NCBI GenBank assembly: GCA_021817565.1
Contig: JAKAUP010000007.1
Coordinates: 152,497 to 216,496, forward strand
Source of the DNA: Candidatus Micrarchaeota archaeon
GTDB taxonomy: Archaea > Micrarchaeota > Micrarchaeia > Micrarchaeales > Micrarchaeaceae
Length of the DNA stretch: 64,000 bases
Direction of reading: 5' to 3'
Position numbers and translations under genes: made by a program
Notes under the pieces: model-generated
The model's database searches: none
Seen by the model: the letters and a program-made list of their open reading frames with translations, nothing else
Told to the model about the DNA's origin: nothing
In this document: positions 45,900 to 54,061 of the stretch, piece after piece
Layout of the letters: each line of letters begins with the position of its first letter
Numbering within the stretch: position 1 is the first letter of the stretch

Positions 45900-45972
45900 G
45901 CGATCGTAGTCTAGCCTGGTAGGACATCGCCTTGCCAAGGCGGTAACCCGGGTCCAAATCCCGGCGGTCGCA
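45900..45972 (+). tRNA. tRNA-Gly (GCC)
   Basis: Hand-folded: acceptor GCGATCG/CGGTCGC (one G-U pair), D arm GTCT-AGCCTGGTA-GGAC, anticodon arm TCGCC-TTGCCAA-GGCGG, 4-nt variable loop, T arm CCGGG-TCCAAAT-CCCGG, and discriminator A. The T loop has C where U55 is expected. Confidence 0.7.
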
Positions 45973-45981
45973 TCTCAAATA

Positions 45982-46998
45982 TCATTCGACTGAAGCTATC
46001 CCTTTAAAGGAAGAAAGCTGCTGCCCTACCTCATCAACAGAGTTAAACACCTCTATCCTGACTTTCATCGATTCAGCCATGTCGAGCACGTCCCTCACCT
46101 CGGTCTTTCCAAGCTCATTGTCGTTTACCAAGACTACGGAGGCCGCGTAATCGCCCAATGCCGCCTTTACCCCTTCAACGCCATAATGCGCCGCGCCTGT
46201 TGACAGTCCCTTCAGAAACTCCTCCATATAAACAAACTCCCTCCTTATTCTTTCCCTGTTGAGAAGCCCTTCAGTCCTCTTGCTTCTTATTACCTCATAA
46301 ACTCCCGTCCTTTCAGCGTTGCTTGCATCCTCATATACAATCTCCTTCTTCAAATCCTTCTTACTTTTCTTTATGTACTCCCTTACATCGTCCTTCGTGA
46401 AACCGGGGCCCGCTATTATCACAAGATTTGCTTCTATCGCATCAGCCTCTTCAGCTATTTCATCGAAATACTTCTCCTGCTGGATTTTGAAATCTTTCTG
46501 GCTCATCCTCTTGCTCAAGTTGCTGTATATCTCTCTCCTGAACTTAACCCCATAACCCAGCAGCACAGCTGAAACCCCCTTTTCATCATCCACGACTATG
46601 ATCCCGAGCCTTGGCCTGGAGGTATCAGATACGGCCTCCCTTATCACCCTAAGCATATATTCCTTCCAGGAAGGCTTCGATATCTCCAGCTCGTGCCTTG
46701 GGGGCAAGTTTATCGTGTGGTGGCTCCTGAGCTGCACGTACTCTATAGGGGACCCATCAACGATAATACCGGATATCCTGAGCCTCGAAGCATCTGTATC
46801 AAATTCCGTTCTCTCAACCTTTATCGTAACGATGACATCCTTCCTTTCCGCCTTGTCATCCTCATTTGGCTTGAACTTGCGCTCGCTCTTTCCCTTTACT
46901 ATGTCATTAGGGAATATGATACGCTGCACGCTCCACAGATCCTCAACATTGTCCAATCTTACTCTTATGGTCTGACCGTCGTTCCTCAACAGTTTCAT
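45982..46998 (-). CDS. pelA: Pelota (aDom34) mRNA surveillance/ribosome rescue factor
   Basis: MKLLRNDGQTIRVRLDNVEDLWSVQRIIFPNDIV... is the typical Pelota N-terminus, and the size and eRF1-like C-terminal domains fit. The tracked TTG start at 47013 adds 5 codons. Confidence 0.85.
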   Translation of the reverse strand: MKLLRNDGQTIRVRLDNVEDLWSVQRIIFPNDIVKGKSERKFKPNEDDKAERKDVIVTIKVERTEFDTDASRLRISGIIVDGSPIEYVQLRSHHTINLPPRHELEISKPSWKEYMLRVIREAVSDTSRPRLGIIVVDDEKGVSAVLLGYGVKFRREIYSNLSKRMSQKDFKIQQEKYFDEIAEEADAIEANLVIIAGPGFTKDDVREYIKKSKKDLKKEIVYEDASNAERTGVYEVIRSKRTEGLLNRERIRREFVYMEEFLKGLSTGAAHYGVEGVKAALGDYAASVVLVNDNELGKTEVRDVLDMAESMKVRIEVFNSVDEVGQQLSSFKGIASVE

Positions 46999-47043
46999 AA
47001 ATCCATATCTCAATTCTGATTTATAATCCTTACATCCGTTCCC

Positions 47044-47673
47044 ATGCTTTTTATTAAGTATCGCTTCGAATACTTGTGTATGTCGATACTCGGATCTTTG
47101 GCAGGCATGGCGGTTTCGCTAGTGGAAACGTACAGGTATCCAATGCTCTTTCTGCTTATGTTCCTGGAGAGTGCGAGCATCCCTGTTCCAAGCGAGGTGG
47201 TGATGCCACTTGCGGGTGCGCTTGCCTTCCGCCACATACTGTATTTTTGGCCCGCATTCATAGTCACGTTCGCAGGCAGTTCATTGGGTATAGCGCTTGA
47301 TTACTATATCGGCTTCGTGCTCGGAAAGGAGGTCGTATACAAGCACCTCAGGTTCTTCCATCTTAACAGGAAGAAGCTTGATGCGTTTGACTCCTGGTTC
47401 AACAAGAACGCTGTGGCAGCTGTATTCTTCTCAAGGCTACTACCTGTGGTGCGCACCATAATGAGCTTTCCTGCAGGTTTTGCAAGGATGAAGCCTAAGG
47501 AGTTTTTCGCGTACTCTTTTTCCGCCGCAGCATTATGGAACATAGTATTGATGCTTTTCGGTTTCTACGCGCTCAGCACAAACAACGCGGTAATATGGAT
47601 GGGCGCAATCGGTGCGTTCGCAATAGCGCTCTTCGTGCTGTACAGGATAGGCATGAAAAGACTACGCAGATGA
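47044..47673 (+). CDS. DedA-family membrane protein
   Basis: YPMLFLLMFLESASIPVPSEVVMPLAGAL and FFSRLLPVVRTIMSFPAGFARM are DedA/SNARE-associated signatures. Confidence 0.8.
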   Translation: MLFIKYRFEYLCMSILGSLAGMAVSLVETYRYPMLFLLMFLESASIPVPSEVVMPLAGALAFRHILYFWPAFIVTFAGSSLGIALDYYIGFVLGKEVVYKHLRFFHLNRKKLDAFDSWFNKNAVAAVFFSRLLPVVRTIMSFPAGFARMKPKEFFAYSFSAAALWNIVLMLFGFYALSTNNAVIWMGAIGAFAIALFVLYRIGMKRLRR

Positions 47674-49884
47674 CCTTTTGCCCCTTTTCTCCCTGCGATT
47701 TAATGGCAGGAGTATAGTGAAGGTGGCTCCCTTTCCGACTTCCGAATCCACGCTTATACGCCCCCCATGCAGCTTTACTATACTCTGTGTTATCGCTAGG
47801 CCAAGGCCGGTGCCCTCGTTATTCCTCCTTGCAAGCTCCTTCCTTTGAGACTGGTAAAACTTCCTGAACAGCTTCTTCTTGTCCTCCTCGCTTATCCCTA
47901 CGCCAGTGTCCTGCACCACGCAGCATATCTTCCTGGCGCTCTTCATGGATATATGCACGCCTATGCTTCCCTTCTCGGTGAACTTTATCGCATTCCCTAT
48001 CAGGTTCACAAACACCTGTATCATCTTGTTCGGGTCTATCTGGACGGAGGGCACATTGTAATCTACCTTCCAGAAAAAGTCTAGTCCTTTGGCGCGCACC
48101 GCTTCCTCCAAGGCCTTTATCCCCGGGCTGTTCCCCATATCCACAAAGCTGATTTCATGGACATCCAGGCTTACCTTGTTCGCATCAAGCTTGTTCGCAT
48201 CAAGTATCTGCTTTATTATTAGCGACAACCGGTTCGACTCGTCGAAAATTATCTTGAGGTTCTCCCTCTGAATATCGTTCATGCTTCCAAATTCGCCGTC
48301 GATAAGGAACTTCGAGTACCCGGTTATGCTTGTAAGCGGCGTCTTGAGCTCATGCGCTATGTTGCTTATGAAATCAGATTTCGCTTCGTTCTCATTCTCA
48401 AGCCTTCTCGTCCTGTTCGCCTCCTTCCTGAGCTCCGACTGAAGGTCAGACACGGTACGGGAGCTTTCAAGTTCGTTTATGAGCACTGTGAACTCCGGTT
48501 GCCCATCCTTAAAGGCAACCCTTATGCTATGCGTGCATGGTAAAAGCCCTCCATCTTTCTTTTTCAGGTTTGTATACGTCCCGTTTATCTTGGTGCCTTT
48601 GCGCGCGTACGTAAGATCCCTGTCGAGCAGCTCCTTATCCGGGTATAAATCGTTTATCTCTCTTCCTAGCAACTCCTGTTTCTTATACCCGAGCAGTTTC
48701 TCGACAGGCATGTTGCATGAAGTTATATACCCAAGGTTATTTACAACGAGAACCATATCAGACATGTTCGCCACCATATCATTCATCATCTCTTCAGTCT
48801 GTCTTACCCTTGTCTCCATCGAGCGTTCCTGCAACACAACAGTATAGCCGTAAAGACCTCGAACGGCGAAGAGCCGCATAGGGATCCTCTCGGATTCCTG
48901 GTATATCTCTACCTCTTTTGACTGCACTCCGCTCTCCGCCTTTGAGAGTAGATCTATCAGCGCCTCTTTATCGGAAAGATCAACCAGCTCGTATATAAAC
49001 CGCTCAGCCATCAGTTCCCGTATGGGGAGGCTTCCCCTGCTGCCGTAGCAGCTCTTGACTTTCATCTCTGGGCTTAGATTAATCAGATAAGCATCAGGTA
49101 TGCTATCAAATATCCTTGAGAGATTGGCATGCATCTCACTGTGTGTAACATTGCTGAGCGTCAGATGCAGCATATTCTCATTCACCTTGGATGAGGAGAT
49201 CTCCGCCACAAATTCTCCTGAGGCGCCCTTGAGCAGCACGATACGCGGTTTCCCGTCTTTCGGCAATAGCCCATCAAATCCGCTCCCGAGCAGCGACTTG
49301 CACTGTAGCCCATCCATGGTATAGACACCGAATGTTTTGCAGAAGGCCTTGTTCGCCTTTACTACAAGATCATTGGAAGAAATCAGCGCCTGCGGCACAT
49401 TGGAGTTGAACGACGAATCAAAATAGGCGGCAAGCCTTCTGTTGATCTCCGCATCAGACCTGTTCACTAGGTAAAGCCCTATTACGTCCGAAACATAAGA
49501 AAGCGCAGTAACTACCTCCGGATTAAACCCATTCTCCCTCTGCGTATAAAGGCTGAGCATCCCTACTATATTACCTCCAACGATGCAAGGTATGAACGCG
49601 CAGCTCTTGTAGCCCTTGGCGCCCATCTCCACAGCATCAGACAATTCAGAAAACTCGCTTATCGAGTTGTCAACATAAGGTTTCCTCGTATTGTAAACAT
49701 ACCTAAAAGATTGGGTATCGGACTGTTTCCTGTTGTAGGTTTGTACTACCTGCACATAATCTATACCGAAGAAGGAGGATAGGGTAGATGAGAAAGCGGC
49801 GAGCATCTCACTTTCGCTCGCGCTTTTCCTGCCTACCTCAAGGATATCGGCAAAGAGTTTGACAAGGAAGCTGTTTTCAGACAT
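47662..49884 (-). CDS. Sensor histidine kinase with N-terminal GAF-like and PAS domains
   Basis: H-box FISNIAHELKTPLTSITGY, N-box VFVNLIGNAIKFT, G-boxes DTGVGI and GTGLGLAITQSIVKLHGGRISVDSEVGKGATF. The start is set at ATG 49884, with aatatatattttt ~30 nt upstream. No response regulator lies in the window. Confidence 0.85.
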   Translation of the reverse strand: MSENSFLVKLFADILEVGRKSASESEMLAAFSSTLSSFFGIDYVQVVQTYNRKQSDTQSFRYVYNTRKPYVDNSISEFSELSDAVEMGAKGYKSCAFIPCIVGGNIVGMLSLYTQRENGFNPEVVTALSYVSDVIGLYLVNRSDAEINRRLAAYFDSSFNSNVPQALISSNDLVVKANKAFCKTFGVYTMDGLQCKSLLGSGFDGLLPKDGKPRIVLLKGASGEFVAEISSSKVNENMLHLTLSNVTHSEMHANLSRIFDSIPDAYLINLSPEMKVKSCYGSRGSLPIRELMAERFIYELVDLSDKEALIDLLSKAESGVQSKEVEIYQESERIPMRLFAVRGLYGYTVVLQERSMETRVRQTEEMMNDMVANMSDMVLVVNNLGYITSCNMPVEKLLGYKKQELLGREINDLYPDKELLDRDLTYARKGTKINGTYTNLKKKDGGLLPCTHSIRVAFKDGQPEFTVLINELESSRTVSDLQSELRKEANRTRRLENENEAKSDFISNIAHELKTPLTSITGYSKFLIDGEFGSMNDIQRENLKIIFDESNRLSLIIKQILDANKLDANKVSLDVHEISFVDMGNSPGIKALEEAVRAKGLDFFWKVDYNVPSVQIDPNKMIQVFVNLIGNAIKFTEKGSIGVHISMKSARKICCVVQDTGVGISEEDKKKLFRKFYQSQRKELARRNNEGTGLGLAITQSIVKLHGGRISVDSEVGKGATFTILLPLNRREKRGKRSSA

Positions 49885-49943
49885 ACTGTCGCCAAGAAGA
49901 TTCGCCAACAAAAATATATATTCCTAATGCGAGATAATAGGCT

Positions 49944-50603
49944 ATGCAGGTAAGGAAGTTATTTGATGGAGTATACACGCTCGACGGAAGGCTCTGCACC
50001 ATAGACATCGGTGCAGGGAGGAAGGTTTACGGGGAGGACCATCTCGAATACGAAGGGAAAGAGTACAGAATGTGGAATCCTTACAGAAGCAAACTTGCCG
50101 CGGCAATACTCAACGGCCTAAAGAACGAGCATATGCGGAAGGATGACAAGGTGCTGTATCTGGGAGCCGCCACAGGCACTACAACAAGCCACGTAAGCGA
50201 CATTATAGAAGAGAAAGGCGTGTTGTACTGCATAGAACTCTCTGAAAGGAACATGCGAGACCTGCTTGTTGTGTGCGAGAGCAGGCCAAACATGATCCCG
50301 ATACTCGAGGATGCGAGGTACACGGACAAATACGCGGATACGATAGCAGAATGCGACATAATATACCAGGACGTCTCGTCGCCAGAGCAGGCCGGAATAC
50401 TAGAGGCGAATTCAAGGTTCTTAAAGAGGGGAGGGTACGCTTATTTCGCGATAAAGTCGCAAAGCATAGATATAAAGAAAAAGCCAGAGGAAACATTCAA
50501 GAAGGTTCTGCAAAGCCTGGAGAAGACGTTCGAGATAGTTGAGGAGGTGCGCATAGAGCCATACCACAAGCTGCACCTCTTTGCAGTGCTGAGGAAGAGA
50601 TGA
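49944..50603 (+). CDS. flpA: Fibrillarin (C/D box sRNP 2'-O-methyltransferase)
   Basis: VYGEDHLEYEGKEYRMWNPYRSKLAAAILNGL...KVLYLGAATGTTTSHVSDI...IYQDVSSPEQ is canonical archaeal fibrillarin. Confidence 0.9.
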   Translation: MQVRKLFDGVYTLDGRLCTIDIGAGRKVYGEDHLEYEGKEYRMWNPYRSKLAAAILNGLKNEHMRKDDKVLYLGAATGTTTSHVSDIIEEKGVLYCIELSERNMRDLLVVCESRPNMIPILEDARYTDKYADTIAECDIIYQDVSSPEQAGILEANSRFLKRGGYAYFAIKSQSIDIKKKPEETFKKVLQSLEKTFEIVEEVRIEPYHKLHLFAVLRKR

Positions 50604-51409
50604 TGGACAGGGACATAAGGAAGGCTATAGGCGCTCAGAAAAGCGTTCTATGCAATTACTGCTTTAGCTGGTTTATGGCGATATCGGATAAGGAGTTCTG
50701 CCCATTCTGTGAGTTGCCGGAGTTCATCCATAGCGAAGAATCCCATATAACAAACAGCCAGATTGAACAGATTGGAGCGTCATTCAGCGGCAAGCTGGAA
50801 AGCGTAGACATGGACGGGGCGGAAGAGGAAATCAACAAATTGATAGAAGCATCAGGCAATCCGATACTCATTTATGTAAAGGGAATCTTTCACATCAAGA
50901 AATCCAACTACCTAATCTCCATGATATCATATACAAGAGATGGGTTCATGGAGGAAAACGCAAGGCTAAGGGCCGCATCAGCAAAAGAGTACGCAGCCGC
51001 CCGCGAAGCGTTGCACACATATATCTACAAGTACGAAAACGCAGAAAAGAAAGGAATTCTCTCATCCTTCGCTGCATTCCTATCTTATACAAAACTGGGT
51101 ATGAGGAGGCCGGCAGCAATCACCCTAAACAAGATAAAAGATATGGATGAAGAGGGGCATTTGTATAAATACGCGGAAGTGCTTATGTTATCCTGCTCAT
51201 CCTCTTACAAGCAGCTTCTTAAGCACGCAAGGGAGCAGCTTAGGGAAAGCCCTTCGCACAATGCTGTGTATTATCTGACTTACGCATTGCTGAAAAACAA
51301 AAAGGCAAGAAGCGCACTTAAGGCGGCAGAGTTTTCGGGAGACCTGTTGAAAGACAATCGTTTTTTTGATATAAGGAGGGACGCATTGGAAGCGCTCTCA
51401 TCAGACTAA
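50600..51409 (+). CDS. Hypothetical protein with an N-terminal CxxC...CxxC zinc ribbon and a helical repeat body
   Basis: CNYCFSWFMAISDKEFCPFCE followed by ~220 aa of helices. It has an ATGA overlap with the fibrillarin stop. No family recognised. Confidence 0.5.
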   Translation: MMDRDIRKAIGAQKSVLCNYCFSWFMAISDKEFCPFCELPEFIHSEESHITNSQIEQIGASFSGKLESVDMDGAEEEINKLIEASGNPILIYVKGIFHIKKSNYLISMISYTRDGFMEENARLRAASAKEYAAAREALHTYIYKYENAEKKGILSSFAAFLSYTKLGMRRPAAITLNKIKDMDEEGHLYKYAEVLMLSCSSSYKQLLKHAREQLRESPSHNAVYYLTYALLKNKKARSALKAAEFSGDLLKDNRFFDIRRDALEALSSD

Positions 51410-51462
51410 AGGGCAGAAGTGCTCCGCAATCTATATATATCATAAAGTGCGCAACCATTCCC

Positions 51463-51858
51463 ATGGTCGATACATACAAAAAGAGAAATAGGAAGAATCA
51501 TAGAAAGAATTCGCTTGTGCTATTGGCGGCAGTGTTTGCCGGTATGGCATCACTCGCATATCTTAGCAACCCAGAACCGTCCCAAAAGGTTACTCAGACA
51601 GAAAGAAGATTAAATGCTGTGGAAGCGCAGTCGGTAATGGCACGGAACGAGATAGATAATACTGGAAGTGCTACCTCAGGCGAATGCGCCACGCTTTACT
51701 CGGCACCCAAAAGGATGGATGCATATACCAAAATACTGCGCAAAGAGGAGGGAAAGGTAAACCATAACGTCGCAGAAGCAATTCACCGGCAACTAGAGTT
51801 AGCCAAAAAACTCGAAAGAAGAAGCGAAGGAACAGCGCTCCGATGGTGCAACCCATAA
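51463..51858 (+). CDS. Hypothetical membrane-anchored protein
   Basis: 131 aa with a basic N-terminus, one TM helix (LVLLAAVFAGMASLAYL), and a helical C-part bracketed by two cysteines. Confidence 0.4.
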   Translation: MVDTYKKRNRKNHRKNSLVLLAAVFAGMASLAYLSNPEPSQKVTQTERRLNAVEAQSVMARNEIDNTGSATSGECATLYSAPKRMDAYTKILRKEEGKVNHNVAEAIHRQLELAKKLERRSEGTALRWCNP

Positions 51859-51983
51859 TAGAATGCAACCAAGCACTGCCAGGACATTATCTTTATACGG
51901 CCTCATCCACCAAAGTGCTTTACGCACGCGCGAATCCATCAGAAAACTTTTTATAGGTGATAAACGCTTTCTTGGTGATTAAT

Positions 51984-52232
51984 ATGGACAAAAAGATAAT
52001 CGCAGGAGTTTTGCTTGGGGCAGCAATATCGACAGCCGCAGCCCAGCAGCCAAAAACGGCACAGCCTACTGTAGAAAATAAAAGCATGATACGCAGCGAT
52101 CCTCACTACGCAACACCACCGAACCTATGCTCACGCCTCCAAAAAATCATAGAGAAACTGCGCAGAGAGGGAAACAACAAAGCCGGACTAAGACAAGCAG
52201 AAGACGTATACAGGGACCATTGCAGGGACTAA
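51984..52232 (+). CDS. Hypothetical small secreted or anchored protein
   Basis: MDKKIIAGVLLGAAISTAAAQQP... with ggtga 5 nt upstream of ATG 51984. The C-terminal helical segment is bracketed by two cysteines (CSRLQKIIEKLRREGNNKAGLRQAEDVYRDHC). Confidence 0.4.
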   Translation: MDKKIIAGVLLGAAISTAAAQQPKTAQPTVENKSMIRSDPHYATPPNLCSRLQKIIEKLRREGNNKAGLRQAEDVYRDHCRD

Positions 52233-53438
52233 CTACCATTTTTCTTGTTTTCTTCCAAACGCGGTCAGCTTAGCCAGATCAAGATAAGACGGGTTTTTTC
52301 CTATTCCAGAACTTATCACGTATTCGCGTATCGCGGCCGCCTTGAAACCATTGTTTCTAAAACCCGCAACAGTCGGCGTTCTTGGATCGTCCCATCCGCT
52401 CAATTCCCCTGACTTTATCGCCTTTATTATGTCGGACTTGTGCGCGAGCGTGCCCCTTACCTTCAAGACACCAACCTCTATAGTATGCGGCTGTTTTGCC
52501 CCAATCGCCTTGTAAAAGAAGGACTGCTTCACACCGTTTACCTCGTGTTCTATGCCCCTTATCACAAGGCTTATTTTCATCTCATGGTCATCGACAGCCG
52601 AGGCGAAGTTGTACAACGGCCACACCCTGTACTTATTTTTGGTTATTGGATGTTCTGCATCTATAATCCTCATCATCACCCAATCTCTTACTGAAGGGTT
52701 GGGGTGCTTCATGTCTGTCTTGAGCCTTAATACAGCCTCCCCCTCACCGTAAGTCGAGAGCATCGCTTCCCATTCGCGTATGTTGTCATCATCCGCCCTG
52801 TTTCTGCACGCGCATTCAGTACCTTCCTCCCTATTCTTTTTCATAGTTTCCTGCTCGCATGTGCACACATATGCACTTCCCTCATCTATGAGCCTCTTTG
52901 CGTACAAATAGTAAAGTTCCATGCGTTCACTCTGCCTGAATACTCCGCTTATGCTGCATCCCAGCCAATTCAAGTCGTCTATGATCGCCTTGTAAGCTTC
53001 GGGAATTGGCGGCTTTGTCTTTGGATCCGTATCCTCAAACCTGACGTAAAAAGAACCTGAGTACATCTTTGCGTATTCGTCGCAGAGCAAGGCAACCTTA
53101 GCGTGCCCTATATGCAGGAATCCGCTCGGGTTTGGCGCAAACCGGGTATTTATCGCAACCCCATCAGCCCAATCCAGCTTTGGGAGGCCGACCCTCTCCG
53201 GTCTTTCTGGATATGTATACGATTCAGCCTCCTTCCTGAGCTGATCCACCGGCATGGCATTTACCTCTCCAACAACCTCTTCCACAATCTCCTTTATCCT
53301 CGATATTCCCAGCTCCTTAGCCGACTTTACCTCAACAAAAAGCTTGTTGATTACATTGTCCGGCCTTGCCTTACCATAATCAAGCGCATTCTTTACCGCA
53401 AACTTCCTTGCTGATTTGATGACTTCCTCCTCAGACAT
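52233..53438 (-). CDS. Archaeal-type glutamyl-tRNA synthetase homologue lacking the C-terminal anticodon-binding domains
   Basis: It has the N-terminal helical domain (ARKFAVKNALDYGKARPDNVINKLF), the HIGH motif (RFAPNPSGFLHIGHAK), FEDTDP, and GWDDPRTPTVAGFRNNGFKAAAIREYV. The ORF stops at residue 401 (..LAKLTAFGRKQEKW*), which is where the beta-barrel anticodon-binding region of GluRS/GlnRS begins. Confidence 0.75.
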   Translation of the reverse strand: MSEEEVIKSARKFAVKNALDYGKARPDNVINKLFVEVKSAKELGISRIKEIVEEVVGEVNAMPVDQLRKEAESYTYPERPERVGLPKLDWADGVAINTRFAPNPSGFLHIGHAKVALLCDEYAKMYSGSFYVRFEDTDPKTKPPIPEAYKAIIDDLNWLGCSISGVFRQSERMELYYLYAKRLIDEGSAYVCTCEQETMKKNREEGTECACRNRADDDNIREWEAMLSTYGEGEAVLRLKTDMKHPNPSVRDWVMMRIIDAEHPITKNKYRVWPLYNFASAVDDHEMKISLVIRGIEHEVNGVKQSFFYKAIGAKQPHTIEVGVLKVRGTLAHKSDIIKAIKSGELSGWDDPRTPTVAGFRNNGFKAAAIREYVISSGIGKNPSYLDLAKLTAFGRKQEKW

Positions 53439-53445
53439 ATTTCCA

Positions 53446-54018
53446 CTACTTGGCTACAAGTCTTAACTGGTTCTGGTACAGCGTTCCCTGCTCCGTAACT
53501 ATAGCCTGCACAGATACCGGGACATTCGCCCCGATGCCTATTATTTTAGAAGTCTGTAATGAGTATGTCGCATTCCCTATATCTATCCTAACCGGGTTCC
53601 CAGAGTAATCTAAGGTAAGTGGGTTCGGTAGTTTCACATACACTGTTGCGTTTATCCCAGAACCGTCCATATATCCGCTTATTGCGTTGTATACCTGATA
53701 AGACGTATAATTGCTCCCGTTGATTCCTATCTGCCCCCCAATGTTTGTATAGCTGTTTATGTTTCCATCCTTCTCCAGCGCATTAAGCGCGCCAATCAGC
53801 GAGTTCGAGGCATTATCGCTATAAACAACAAGGTTTCTGGAGTATCCCTCAACGACCGCGTTTGCATTCCCGGTGACCAACAGCGTTGGGGTTACCGTGG
53901 TTGTGGTGCTCTTTGTGGGCGGTGCGGAGTTACCTCCGGCAACATTCCCGAGCACGAACATCACTGATAGTATTAAGATTACGGCTATCATTATTATGTT
54001 CTTGGTTTTCTTCTCCAT
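53446..54018 (-). CDS. Hypothetical membrane-anchored extracellular protein
   Basis: N-terminal TM helix IIMIAVILILSVMFVLG, a Thr-rich linker PPTKSTTTTVTPT, and a beta-rich body with several NxS/T sequons. Confidence 0.45.
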   Translation of the reverse strand: MEKKTKNIIMIAVILILSVMFVLGNVAGGNSAPPTKSTTTTVTPTLLVTGNANAVVEGYSRNLVVYSDNASNSLIGALNALEKDGNINSYTNIGGQIGINGSNYTSYQVYNAISGYMDGSGINATVYVKLPNPLTLDYSGNPVRIDIGNATYSLQTSKIIGIGANVPVSVQAIVTEQGTLYQNQLRLVAK

Positions 54019-54061
54019 ACAAACATCTTTAAGGAATATCTATTTTCAATGATGGGAATAC

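Noticed and set aside
51860-52232. Idea that the short GluRS is simply frameshifted and continues downstream
   Set aside because: I translated the three minus-strand frames below the stop by hand. All are short and interrupted (for example MVVSPCNGPCIRLLLVLVRLCCFPLCAVSL*) and none is beta-barrel-like. The space is occupied by a convergent small gene.
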